From Octopus bimaculoides (Eukaryota): a stretch of DNA of 64,000 bases. Both the position numbers and the translations under genes were made by a program. Shown here piece by piece: positions 53,190 to 64,000 of this stretch. Below the pieces are notes generated by a model that was not told the DNA's origin, made no database searches, and worked only from the letters and a program-made list of their open reading frames with translations. Positions within the stretch are counted from its first letter, which is position 1. Each line of letters starts with the position of its first letter. The DNA lies in contig NC_069001.1 of assembly GCF_001194135.2 (NCBI RefSeq), positions 20,384,452 through 20,448,451 of the forward strand, given 5' to 3'.

Positions 53190-54433
53190 GATTAACAATG
53201 TTCGATGGCTTAGCCAAAGTTTGGTTCTGAAACGATTTGTTGACTGCTTAAATGAGATAAAACTCTTTTTGAATGACCAGCATGTTTCTTATCAAGAATT
53301 GTCTGACATCATGTGGGTTTGTAAACTGGTGTTTTTTCGCAGATGTTTGTGAACATTTGAATGACTCGAATGTTAAATTACAGGACTCTGGTACGACACT
53401 TGATGTTATGTTTACTTACATAAAGTCTTTTGAAATGAAACTAGAAGTTTTAAAGAGGGATGTGGACAATGAAAGATTTAGATACTTTCCAAACATAAAG
53501 AAGTACATCAATGATCTCTCAAACGACAACAGAACAGAGCACCAATGTCTTCAAAAACTGTTTGTAAACATTATCGAGTCAACTGTTGAGCAGATTTCTA
53601 CAAGGCTTGCTAAATTCAGGGAACTGGAAGAGGCAGCAAAATTCATTAAGTTTCCAGACATTATCAAACTGGAAGAACTGAACTTACAAATGCTTTCATG
53701 GATAGACATGGTTGATTTTGAAATGCAGTTGATTGAATTTCAAAGTAGCTCAATTTTTGGAAGCAAAAATTTATTGGACCTTCGATTTAACTTAGAAAAT
53801 ATTGAAAAAAGTGATTTAGAGACAGGAGTACCAGAGAGGAATGCAGAAAATGAATTAAGGAATTGGAATGCCATTTCAGAAAATTTTCCCAGTTTAAAAA
53901 ACTTTGCAACAGCACTAATATCGATGTTTTCATCAACATATACCTGTGAATCCTTGTTCTCAGTGATGAACTTTGATAAGTTTTGTAATAGAAGTAACCT
54001 GACAGATGAAACTTGTAGTGCATGCATATCTCTGAAGGTTATGAAATATAAACCCGGTGCAAAATCTCTGTCATCAGTGATGCAGCAGCAGAAGTCCCAC
54101 TGATAATATTGTATATACATGTATATCGAAAGGAATCCGCAAGTTTTCTGTCAAATAGGTGTTTCATTTGACTGATGTTTTCTTTTGAAAGTAGCAAAAG
54201 TTCATTGTTGTTTAGATGTAACTTTGAAGGTGAATTAATACATTTTCCATCATTATATACTGTGTTTTACTACTCTACGGTGATCTTTTTTTTTATCATT
54301 TATTAAAAAAGTTTTTAACAAACCCAAGTAGCCTAATATGTTTTCAAAAATATTTGGTTGGCACATGGAAGAATTTTGTGTCAGAGATTTTACCAGTTTT
54401 GGTATACACTCTCAAAAAGGTTGCCCATCTCTG
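53190..54433 (+). mobile_element. 5'-truncated hAT (Charlie/SPIN-like) transposon
   Basis: VRWLS motif at the start; C-terminal dimerisation domain FSSTYTCESLFSVMN..QQKSH; right TIR AAAAAGGTTGCCCATCTCTG followed by GCCTAGAT, close to the Charlie NTCTAGAN target. Confidence 0.88.
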
Positions 54434-54599
54434 GCCTAGATCAATGTTTGTAAATAAGCTGTTGCTATCAGTGTAGTTCTTATCAAACTTTTGGGACACT
54501 GTTAAACACAGCCAAGTAAAGAGATGTTTTAAGTTTATCATAGTCCTTTTAGAGCTTGCAAACCTTATGCTAAAAAGCAGATATATAATTAATAGGGGA

Positions 54600-56450
54600 T
54601 AGCTTTGGAATCTTGGGGTTAGTAGCCTGCGCTCTTAACCACTGTGCTATATGCCTGTAGGCAATTATGGAGTGAATTTTAGAGCTTATAAATCTAATAT
54701 TTTCCTATCCTTCCTTAATACCAGTTCCCCTATGCTTTTCATATCTGCACTCGGTCTGTTTAGGAGGTTGTTGTGTCCTAGCATATGTGCTGCTTCTTTT
54801 AGTTTTCGTATTTTCCAGTGGTGTTCNNNNNNNNNNTTTTAGTTTTCGTATTTTCCAGTGGTGTTCTCTGTCTATTATTTTAACTTCATCCCACAGGGGG
54901 AGGTGGTCTCCATTTATCCATACATGGTCAGCTATACCCAATTTATCAATATCTCCCCATGTCGCAGCTTTGCGATGTTCCTCTACCCTTATTTTGAGGG
55001 GGTAGCATGTTTCGCCTTTGTATAACCTACCACAGCTGCATAGGATGGAGTTCACACAATTCTTAGTCATACTCTCTTCTATTAGTGGTTTTACTTGAAG
55101 GAGAAATTAGCTCAAAGGAGATATATATTGACAAGAAGAGGCTTTAGCTATGGGTTCACCATTATCACCGATAATAGCCAATATATACATGGAATACTTT
55201 GAGAATTTAGCTTTAGGATCAACACCACTAAAATCAGCCCTATGGCTGCGATATGTTGATGATACCTTCATACTCTGGCCCCACCAGGAAGATGTCCAAG
55301 TGCTGTTAGATCACGTGAACTCAATAAAGCCATCCATACAGTTCACAATGGAAAAAGAAAAAGACAATCAGCTAGCATTCCTGGATGTATTAATAACATG
55401 CACCAAGTATAGATTCAGGACATCCGTATACTGCAAGCCGACCTTCACTGGACGATACCTCAACTTCAATTCCCACCATCCATACAGTGTAAAGAGAGGG
55501 ATTGCTCAATGCCTAAAACATCGAGCAATGAATATAAGTAGCGATCGTGATACACACCACGAAGAAATGATCAATCTCAGTAACAATCTATTAAGCAACA
55601 ACAACCCCAAAAGCATACTCTCCACTCCAATTATGAAGAAAAGAGAGGATGAAACCGATAAACTGTCCACAGTCTGTCTAGCCTATGTGAAAGGTCTCTC
55701 TGAAAAGATACAAAAGATATGTGGCCCATATGACATCAGGACAGTGTTCAAGAGTAATACAACACTTCGCAAATATCTTCTTTGAGAAAAACCACCAATA
55801 GAAGAGAATATGACTAAGAACTGTGTGAACTCTATCCTATGCAGCTGTGGTAGGTGATACAAAGGCGAAACATACCTCCCACTCAAAATAAGGGTAGAGG
55901 AACATCGCAAAGCTGTGACATGGGGAGATACTGATAAATCGGGTATAGCTGATCATGTATGGAAAAATGGAGACCACCTCCCCCTGTGGGATGAAGTTAA
56001 AATAATAGACAGAGAACACCACTGGAAAATACGAGAACTAAAAGAAGCAGCACATATGCTAGGACACAACAACCTCCTAAGCAGACTGAGTGCAGATATG
56101 AAAAGCATATGGGAACCGGTATTAAGGAAGGATAGGAAAATATTAGATTTATACACCCTTAAATTCACTCCATAATGGCCCACAGCCATATGGTGTAGTG
56201 GTTAAAAGCGCGGGCTACTAACCCCAAGATTCCGAGTTCGATTCCAGGCAGTGACCTGAATAATAATAATAATAATAATAACAATAACATCGAAAAGTAC
56301 CTTAAGAATGAGAACCCAGGTTCGAAATTTCCCCAAGAGGAGGGTATATCAGCCGAAACGTTGTGTTAACAACAAACAAGATGAGGACAAATATCTGTCA
56401 ATTGTAAATAATGTAAATAATGTACATAATTCCTCTTCTCTTAAATATAG
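54600..56450 (+). mobile_element. Penelope-like element with an inverted terminal copy (minus arm 54600-55092; RT, GIY-YIG and tail on + 55093-56450)
   Basis: MGSPLSPIIANIYME...WLRYVDDTF RT; GIY-YIG interrupted by a stop; tRNA-like segment, (AAT)n and hammerhead relic in the tail. Confidence 0.92.
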
Positions 56451-56578
56451 AACTGTATACATTTCATTAAATCTTCTGAGGGGTGATAAGCAGTCAAGTG
56501 TAGAGGTATTTGACTTTAGAAAATTTCATGGGAGTCATATTAAATAATTTAATGAATTTATCCATTATTTGCTACAAT

Positions 56579-56711
56579 CGCTTTCGTGACGGATCCGGCG
56601 CCTTTCGTGGAAGCTTTCGCCCGCTTCTTAGGACCGACTGACCCGTGCTCGACCGCCGTTGGCACGGAACCCTTCTCCACTTCGGTCTTCGAAGGTCTCG
56701 TTCGAATATTT
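56579..56711 (-). pseudogene. 28S rRNA fragment (133 bp), conserved core up to the D7a expansion segment
   Basis: Minus strand AAATATTCGAACGAGACCTTCGAAGACCGAAGTGGAGAAGGGTTCCGTGCCAACGGCGGTCGAGCACGGGTCAGTCGGTCCTAAG matches the conserved eukaryotic LSU core, with a compensatory pair CCGTG/CACGG in place of CCATG/CATGG. Confidence 0.9.
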
Positions 56712-56903
56712 ATATATAATAAATTATATATATAATTTATTCCATTATATGTACAATTCATTATTTTTAAGACATGGAAGATTAAAGAGGAAAAAAAATT
56801 GTTATTTGCATTGTTATTATTTAATTTAATAAGTATATACACAAACAAAACTATCAAACTATAACTTTTGGTCTCTATTCTTTTTCTTTATATATATTTT
56901 CAG

Positions 56904-57032
56904 GAGTTGATAACTACCCTATATATCGGATTTTTAGGTCTGATTTTCTCATCCTATTTTGTCTACCTGGCAGAAAGGAAAGAAGGTAAAAAAGACTTTG
57001 CCAGCTATGCTGATGCCTTATGGTGGGGAGTT
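56904..57032 (+). CDS. KCNQ1: KCNQ1 coding exon 6 (S5, turret, start of pore helix)
   Basis: Acceptor tattttcag, 129 bp, [43 protein letters not shown], donor GTAAGT. Confidence 0.97.
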
Positions 57033-57393
57033 GTAAGTATACATAAATAGTCATTAAAGATTCTGTAAAAATATGAAAAACATTCCAGAAGTTAAGCATT
57101 TAGTAAATTCGTAAACAAATGTATAGACCTGCAAATATATGTATGTATACAGATACATAAGTCAGACCATACTGATCTACACAAGTAATGATATCTATAC
57201 TTGTACACATATATATGTGTGTATATACATATAAACATACATGCATGCATATTCCATTCATGTTATCTAAATTCCAAAGAAGGAGCCTTGTTTTGGGGTT
57301 AAAAACTGGATTTTTTTCCATTAGTGAGAAATTTGAAAAATAAAACAAGAAGCACAGATATGCATGCATGCCTACATACATACATACATACAA

Positions 57394-60300
57394 GTATGGG
57401 GGATAATAATAATAATAATAATGGAACACCCCTCCCACATGACAAGTGGTATGTGCTAGTCATTACAAAGACAGTGATGTAGGAAGTTGAGTGATTGAGA
57501 AGTCGGCGAAGTCAGACATAAGTAGTCATGTCTTGCTTGTCTAACTAACTATACTGCTCTACCGGAGTGAATGTTACAACAATCTGACGTTAGATTACAA
57601 CAGTGGCGATGAGGAATTAACAAACTCACAAGGATTAAACAAACTCATACAAAGTTATGAAACTCACAAAAGTTTTTTGTGCAAATTTTAAAATATACAA
57701 AATCATAAAACTATGCAAGAATTGTTAGCCAGTTTGCTTGAGTTGCAAAAACAGCAACAACAATTGCTATATCAGCAACAACAACTGCAAGAACAACAAC
57801 AGTAATTACAGCAACAACAACAATGATTACTATTACAGCAACAAATGTTGCAATTAATGAATAGTAAGTTGTCTAAAAATGCTGAAAAGATGTTCTTGCC
57901 AAATTATGTTGCAAACTCAATAACGGAATTTAAGTATGAACCAGACGAAGGAGTTACCTTTGAGGCATACTATAGAAGATACAAATAGATCCTCAATAGA
58001 GAGTGCAAAGATTGGGACAAGGATATGAAAATACATCTAGTCCTAAGAGGACTGGCAGCAAGAGAACATGCGCATTATAGCATTTACATACTCCCGAAAA
58101 CACCTTCTGACATAAACTTTAAAAATACAATAGACATATTGTGTAAAATTTTTAGCAGAAAAAGCTTGTTGTTCAATACAAGCTGGAAATGTTTGAACCT
58201 AGAAAAGAACAATGAGGAGGACTACATCACATATACTGGTAGAGTTAACAGAGAATGCAAAAAGTTCAAACTGGAGAAGTTAACACCAGACATGTTCAAG
58301 TGCCTGATATTTACTCAGGGGCTAACTGCAGAAAAAGATGCAGAAGTAAGAACAAGAATCCTCGCTAAACTGGAACAAAACCAAACAGAAACTTTACAAC
58401 AAGTTTCAGAAGAGTGTGAAAGAATAGTAAATAAAAGGCATGACTCAGAAAAAACTGAACATAAAGATTGCTCCCAAATGAAACAAGTGCGAAACAAGGC
58501 AGAATAGAAATCAAGTGTATACTAAAATACAGTACAAACAGGACAAAAATCAGGAAACAAACTCATGTTTTGCATGTAGCGGTCTACATCTGAGAAAAAA
58601 CTGCCCATTTAAGAAAGTGGAATGTTTCTATTGTGGAAAACTAAGATGGTAAAACCACTGTAAAACCAAGATGACAAAAGATTGGAACAAAGAAAAATAG
58701 AGTAAACAAGACGTTGTCAAAAGAAAATGGTAATGTGATAAAGAAGGAATTTGTAAATGTGAAAATTGAAAATATAAGAGTAAAAATACTGTTAGACACT
58801 GGAAGTGATATTACCATTTTGAATGAAGAAACTTGGAAGTATATCAGTAAGCTAAAATTAAGTAAATCTACAAAAGTAGCACATAGTGTTACATGTAAAA
58901 GATTGTATTTTGTATGTGAATTTGTGTGTAATGTAACATTTCATGACCAAATGAAAATGGCAAAAGTATATGTGTTAAAAAATTCAGTAAATTTGTTTGG
59001 CACAGAGTGAATGAAGCTGTTCAAGTTGTGGAATAGGCCCATAAGTGTTTTGTGTGGGAATATAGTCAGTCCAGTCGTAGGCTGAGGGATTGAAACAAGA
59101 AATAAAAGATTTATTCTCGGATGAAGTGGACTACTACATGAAAATGAAGGCAAAAATTGTAGTGCAACACCTGTATTTAAGCCAAGAACAGGTAAATAAG
59201 GGACTTGAAAGACTTGAAAGCCTAGGAATAATTGAGAAGATGGACCACTCAGACTGGGCAGCATCTGTGGTTTACATAAAAAAGAAAAATAAGTTATGAG
59301 TTTGTGCAGATTTTTCAACAGGTTTAAATGATTGCTTAAACTCACATAATTACCCATTGCTGAGTCCTGAGGAAGTGTTTGCATAATTGAATGGAGGGAA
59401 ATTCTTCTCAAAATTAGACCTCTCAGAGGCATACTTATAAATCTAAGTAGATGAAGAATGCTCATATTCATTAGTCATTAATACATACTGTGGCTTATTT
59501 AAAATTAAGCAGCTTCCTTTTGGTGTAAAAGTGGCTCCTTCCATATTTCAACAAGTAATGGATATAATGCTGGCAGACTGTGATTTTGCTATTGCCTATT
59601 TAGACAATATTGTAGTAAAAAGCAAATCATGCTAACAACAGGTGGAACATGTAAAAAGGGTATTCGAAAAGATAAGAGAATAAGGCTTTAAGCTAAGTGA
59701 GGAGAAACATAAGTTCTCTCTGAAAAAAAATTAAATACTTGGCCAGATAATAGATAAAAACAGACGGAAACCAGATCCATCCAGAGCAATTGCGATACAA
59801 AATATGCCCACGCCGAATAATGTCACTATGCTACAAGCATTTTTAGAATTATTAGATTACTACTAAATTTATATTCCCAATATACACAATGTGAGGGCCC
59901 TGCTAAATGATTTGTTAAAGAAAAATGCAATGCAAAATGGTGCTAGACTGATAAGTGCTAGAAGGTATTTGATGAATCAAAACACATTTTAACATCAAAC
60001 TTATTGTTAATGCATTTTGATCCGAAGCTGGATATTATATTGGCTACAGATGCAAGTAATTACAGTGTAGGAGCAGTGCTTCTGCACACATATGACGATG
60101 GAAGTAAAAAGGCTATAGCCCATTCATCATGATTGTTATTACCAGCAAAAAAGAACTACAGCCAAATAGAAATATAGCAATTATATTCGGTGAGAAAAAA
60201 TTCCATAGATTTATTCATGGAAGAAGTTTCTATCTTCAAAAAGATCATCACCCACTACTGTCAATATACGGTTCTAAAAGAGGAATGCCAACACACACAG

Positions 60301-62534
60301 TTAATAGACTATAGTGATGGGGCACTACATTATTGAATTATGATTTCAAAATGAAATACCATAAATCCTTGAGTATAATCCACATTTTTTTCCCAAAATT
60401 TAAAGGTCAAAATCCTTAGTGCGTACTATACATGAGGTTAAAAATGAAATATATTTTCTAAGCAATGTCCGAGTATCTATTTGCTGTCCGCAATGTTTAT
60501 TCAGACGCATTTTGTGATGTCGGGTGCGAAAATACCTTAAGCTAATACCTTAAGCTATATTTATTTTTCACTGACGTTATTACTGTTACTTCTTTATATT
60601 CTGCAAAGTGCACAAAAGAGCTACACGTTTGCATTATGTTATATATACAATAATAATAAAGGACATTACCGTATATACGTTTACAAACCAAGGACGTTAT
60701 ATAGACCTCCATGACTCAACTTAGAGAAGGAGTGCGTATTATACAGAAGGTTTAGATTTTTCAGAGGTACAGCTCCCTAAAAATCCCCTGCGTATATACT
60801 CAAGGGCAGACTATACTCGAGGATTTACGGTATTTACCATCAAAGAAACTAGGGCATGCAGATGGTTTGTCCTGACTGATATTGAAACACTGCAAGCCAT
60901 TCGAAGATATGGTAATTGCAGCATTAAGATCAGAATGTAAAATAAAAAATGTCAAGTGGAATGTGGTACATGAAGTACTGGTGGCCCTAGACGACATAAA
61001 ATGAAATGTGGAAAAAGACAAATTTATAACAGAAATGAAAAGAATACTATGGATAGGAAAAAGTAGATAGGACAGGATTGGTGTGAAATGAAATCAAGAC
61101 GTAAACCTATACTCAATTTGTGATAGTGTACTGATGTATGCACACAGAGTAATAATACCTGAAACACTGCAAAAGAAAATGTTGGGGGAATTCCATGTTG
61201 GGCATCCTGGTATTTCAAAGATGAAAGCTTTAATGTGTAGGTATGTGTACTGGCCAAAAATGGATAGAGAAATCGAAAATTGAGTGAAAGGCTGCAGAGG
61301 ATGTACTTTAGCAGCAAAATTACTGATGATAAAAAGTGAACCTTGGTCAAAAGTAGATGTTCCGTGGTTGAGACTACACATTGATTTCGCTGGTCCCTTA
61401 AACAGTTTATACTATTTAGTGGTAGTAGTTTCTCTAAATGGCCAAAAATTTGTAAGTTTAAAAAAACCAACATCTTCAACAGTGACACATTTTTTACATG
61501 AGCTGTTTGCGAGATTTGGTATCCCAGACACTATAGTGTTTGATAATAGAGTGCAATTTGTGTCTTTTGAGTTTAAAAGGTTGTATAAAACATTCGCTGT
61601 AGAACATGTAGCTACTGTGCCATACCATCCCAGATCTAACAGACAAGCAGAACACTTTGTCGATATGTTCAAGGGATTTGTAGTGTATTGTCAACCAAAA
61701 TTCAAGGGAGCCTGAAGAAAGTCAAATAAGGAAGTCACAGATGAGGTAGCTCTGCAACAAATCCTAAGAGTATACCAAGTGATGCAAAATCCAAAACACA
61801 CAGGCAGGTATGTCACCAGCAGATTGATGTTTGCGAGGAAAATAAAATCAGTCTTCAACAAATTGCTACCTGGAGGGAAGAGAAAAATTGCAATGGATAA
61901 TACAGTAAGATATTTCAAAATTGGTGAGAGTGTATTCATTAGGGCATATAAGAAAGGAAAACATAGATAGAAAAATGGCGTGGTTACCAAATGCATAGGA
62001 AAAATGCTATACTTAGTAAAAGGAAGAAAATGGGTATATAAGAGACACATAAATCAACTAAAAAAATTCATTGGGAGTGAACCCAAAAGAATTGAAGAAT
62101 GAATGGAATGGTTATATGATACTTTTCAAGTACCAATGCCACAACAAATAATGAACCCAGATGCACAAGCAAAAGGCAAATAAAAAGTACGGAGTTTCTG
62201 GAAGTGGATGCTAAATGAAAAATATATTAAATTTGTAACTATATGCAAAAAAAAAGGACGTGGGATGACGTAAAAATGATTGTTAATAGAGAAAAATAAA
62301 ATTACATTCCCTAAGAAAAAAAAACTTAAAAGGGGAGATGTTATAGGGATATTAATAATAATGGAACACCTCTTTCACATGACAAGTGGTATGTGATAGC
62401 TATTACAAATACTGTGACATAGGAAGTCAAGAAGTCAGTGAAGACAATCATAGATAGTCATGTCTTACTTGTCTAACTGACTATATTGCTATACCAGAGT
62501 GGACGTTACAACAGTCCAATATTGGATTACAACA
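57394..62534 (+). mobile_element. Degenerate Ty3/gypsy LTR retrotransposon (gag, PR, RT, RH, INT)
   Basis: LTRs ~57394-57602 and 62339-62534; PBS TGGCGATGAGG; PPT AAAAGGGGAGA; LDTGSDIT, YLDNI, ATDASNY, HIDFAGP and PYHPRSN motifs; many stops; TSD not readable. Confidence 0.92.
60359..60830. mobile_element. pogo/Tc1-mariner-type MITE (472 bp) inserted in the gypsy RNase H
   Basis: TIRs CCATAAATCCTTGAGTATA and TATACTCGAGGATTTACGG with TA duplication; removing it restores MKYLPSKKLGHADGLS. Confidence 0.92.
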
Positions 62535-63651
62535 ATAACACACTGTCTAAATACCATTCTTGAGAAATTAGACTTCTCAAAACCAGAAATAAGAAAGTTG
62601 ATTTAAACACTACAAATTGAAGCTTTCACTGGAACTGTAAAAATCTGTAAAACTTTCCAGAGGTTTATCATTTAAGTATATATGAGCATGTCTAGACATG
62701 TAACTATATGCATGACATACACACATACATACAAAAATACCCTGTTGATGTTGACAAAATTCCAATGAAGCCTTGGATCTAGGTTAGAAACTGGCTCTTT
62801 CTCTATTGGCAAGAAATCTTGAAATAAAACTGAATAGTGACATACATACAAACATACATACTGTGTACATATGTACAATACACATGTACATATGTACGTA
62901 TGTATATATATTATTTGACAGATAGCCTTTAAGTGCTTAAGAAGGATAGAGCATCATCAGTTGATGAGTTTTATCTCTCCAGTATTGAAGATAAGGTATT
63001 TTAAGTAGTGCTAGTATAAAGGATGTCAAGATTCCTAGTACTGGATGGACCCAATCTGCCTTAACCCTTTGAGCCCGTAACATTGGTTTACTGGTGGATG
63101 GCTTATTTTTCTCTATACCGTAGCACCGCTCTATACTGTAGCACCCATGGAGTGCCAGGTATATGGTAAAATAAGGTTCAGGAGATCAGGACTCAAAGGA
63201 TTAAGCATGCCACATACCCAGATTATATGGAACTCCATTCAACATACTAACATGGAAAGAAACAATCTATGCTCATTTGCCACCTCTGGCTTAAGCTAAT
63301 GAATATGGACCAGTTCCCCCATGAACTTGTAACTCAAAGTATTTGATTTTTTGTTTGCATTCTAGGATGTGTAAGGAAAATTCTAATAAGATTCCTTGGA
63401 TAAGTAATCATGGAATTTTCCGCCAAGGAATTTATGACTCCATGCAAGCACTAGAGATAAACATCACTATGTACCATTTCACTACTCTGTTTTGTGACGA
63501 CCATAAAGCTGGTATTGAGAGATTCTATAAACCAAAATTGCATGTAAAAAATAAAGCCTTAAGACTTTAAGACTAAGGACTCTTTCTTTCCTAAGCAGTT
63601 GTTGCTATCTATTATATTTCTCATCAATGAACACTTTTAGATTATAATGAT

Positions 63652-63866
63652 ACTCTTTACTCTTTTACTCTTTTACTTGTTTCAGTCATTTGACTGCGAC
63701 CATGCTGGAGCACCACCTTTAGTCGAGCAAATCGACCCCAGGACTTATTCTTTGTAAGCCTAGTACTTATTCTGTCAGTTTCTTTTGCCGAGCCGCTAAG
63801 TTATGGGGACGTAAACACACCAGCATCGGTTGTCAAGCGATATTGGGGGGACAAACACAAACACAA

Positions 63867-63907
<41 letters not shown>

Positions 63908-63977
63908 CACATATATACGACGGGCTTCTTTCAGTTTCCGTCTACCAAATCCACTCACAAGGCTTTGGTCGGCCCGA
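63652..63977 (-). mobile_element. tRNA-derived SINE, head missing, same family as 1425-1830
   Basis: Reverse complement of the SINE body and tail. Confidence 0.88.
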
Positions 63978-64000
63978 CAAGACACTTGTCTACTCCTAAC

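Noticed and set aside
53273-54103. Possible domesticated GTF2IRD2/EPM2AIP1-like host gene
   Set aside because: 5'-truncated, has a TIR and a Charlie-type target sequence, and lies in an intron; simply a hAT relic.
54797-54866. Direct duplication around a 10-N gap
   Set aside because: Identical sequence on both sides of the gap indicates an unmerged contig overlap.
56184-56257. Possible tRNA-Ser(ACT) gene
   Set aside because: Acceptor stem does not pair, the anticodon stem is mismatched, and all copies lie inside Penelope tails; treated as tRNA-derived.
57033-64000. Search for the KCNQ1 selectivity-filter exon (TIGYGD)
   Set aside because: Not found by eye; presumably downstream of the window.

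Overview
AT-rich, repeat-dense eukaryotic genomic DNA with four N-gaps. It is most likely Octopus or another coleoid cephalopod; this is inferred from the repeat families and not proven. The only host gene is a + strand KCNQ1 (Kv7.1)-type potassium channel. Six coding exons splice into one open frame of 864 nt (288 codons): 4114-4454, 39801-39891, 45303-45429, 47286-47364, 51939-52035 and 56904-57032. They encode the N-terminus through S5 and the start of the pore helix; the GYG exon is not seen and presumably lies downstream. The 35.3 kb first intron and the later introns contain five degenerate Ty3/gypsy LTR elements (four with readable target-site duplications), an internally deleted Helitron with both ends, R4/Dong-like retroelements in (TAA)n tracts, RTE and CR1/L2 relics, several Penelope-like elements, hAT, mariner and pogo relics, and tRNA-derived SINEs. 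The most unusual signals are: several minimal hammerhead-ribozyme motifs, including a tandem pair 234 nt apart; a Penelope terminal repeat carrying a tRNA-like Pol III head followed by (AAT)n and a hammerhead relic; a 133 bp 28S rRNA fragment that stops in the hidden-break region; a ~470 bp inverted repeat upstream of the S5 exon; an N-terminal PPxY motif and a shortened basic turret in the channel; and a cryptic ATCAACAGTTTG satellite that hosts nested insertions.
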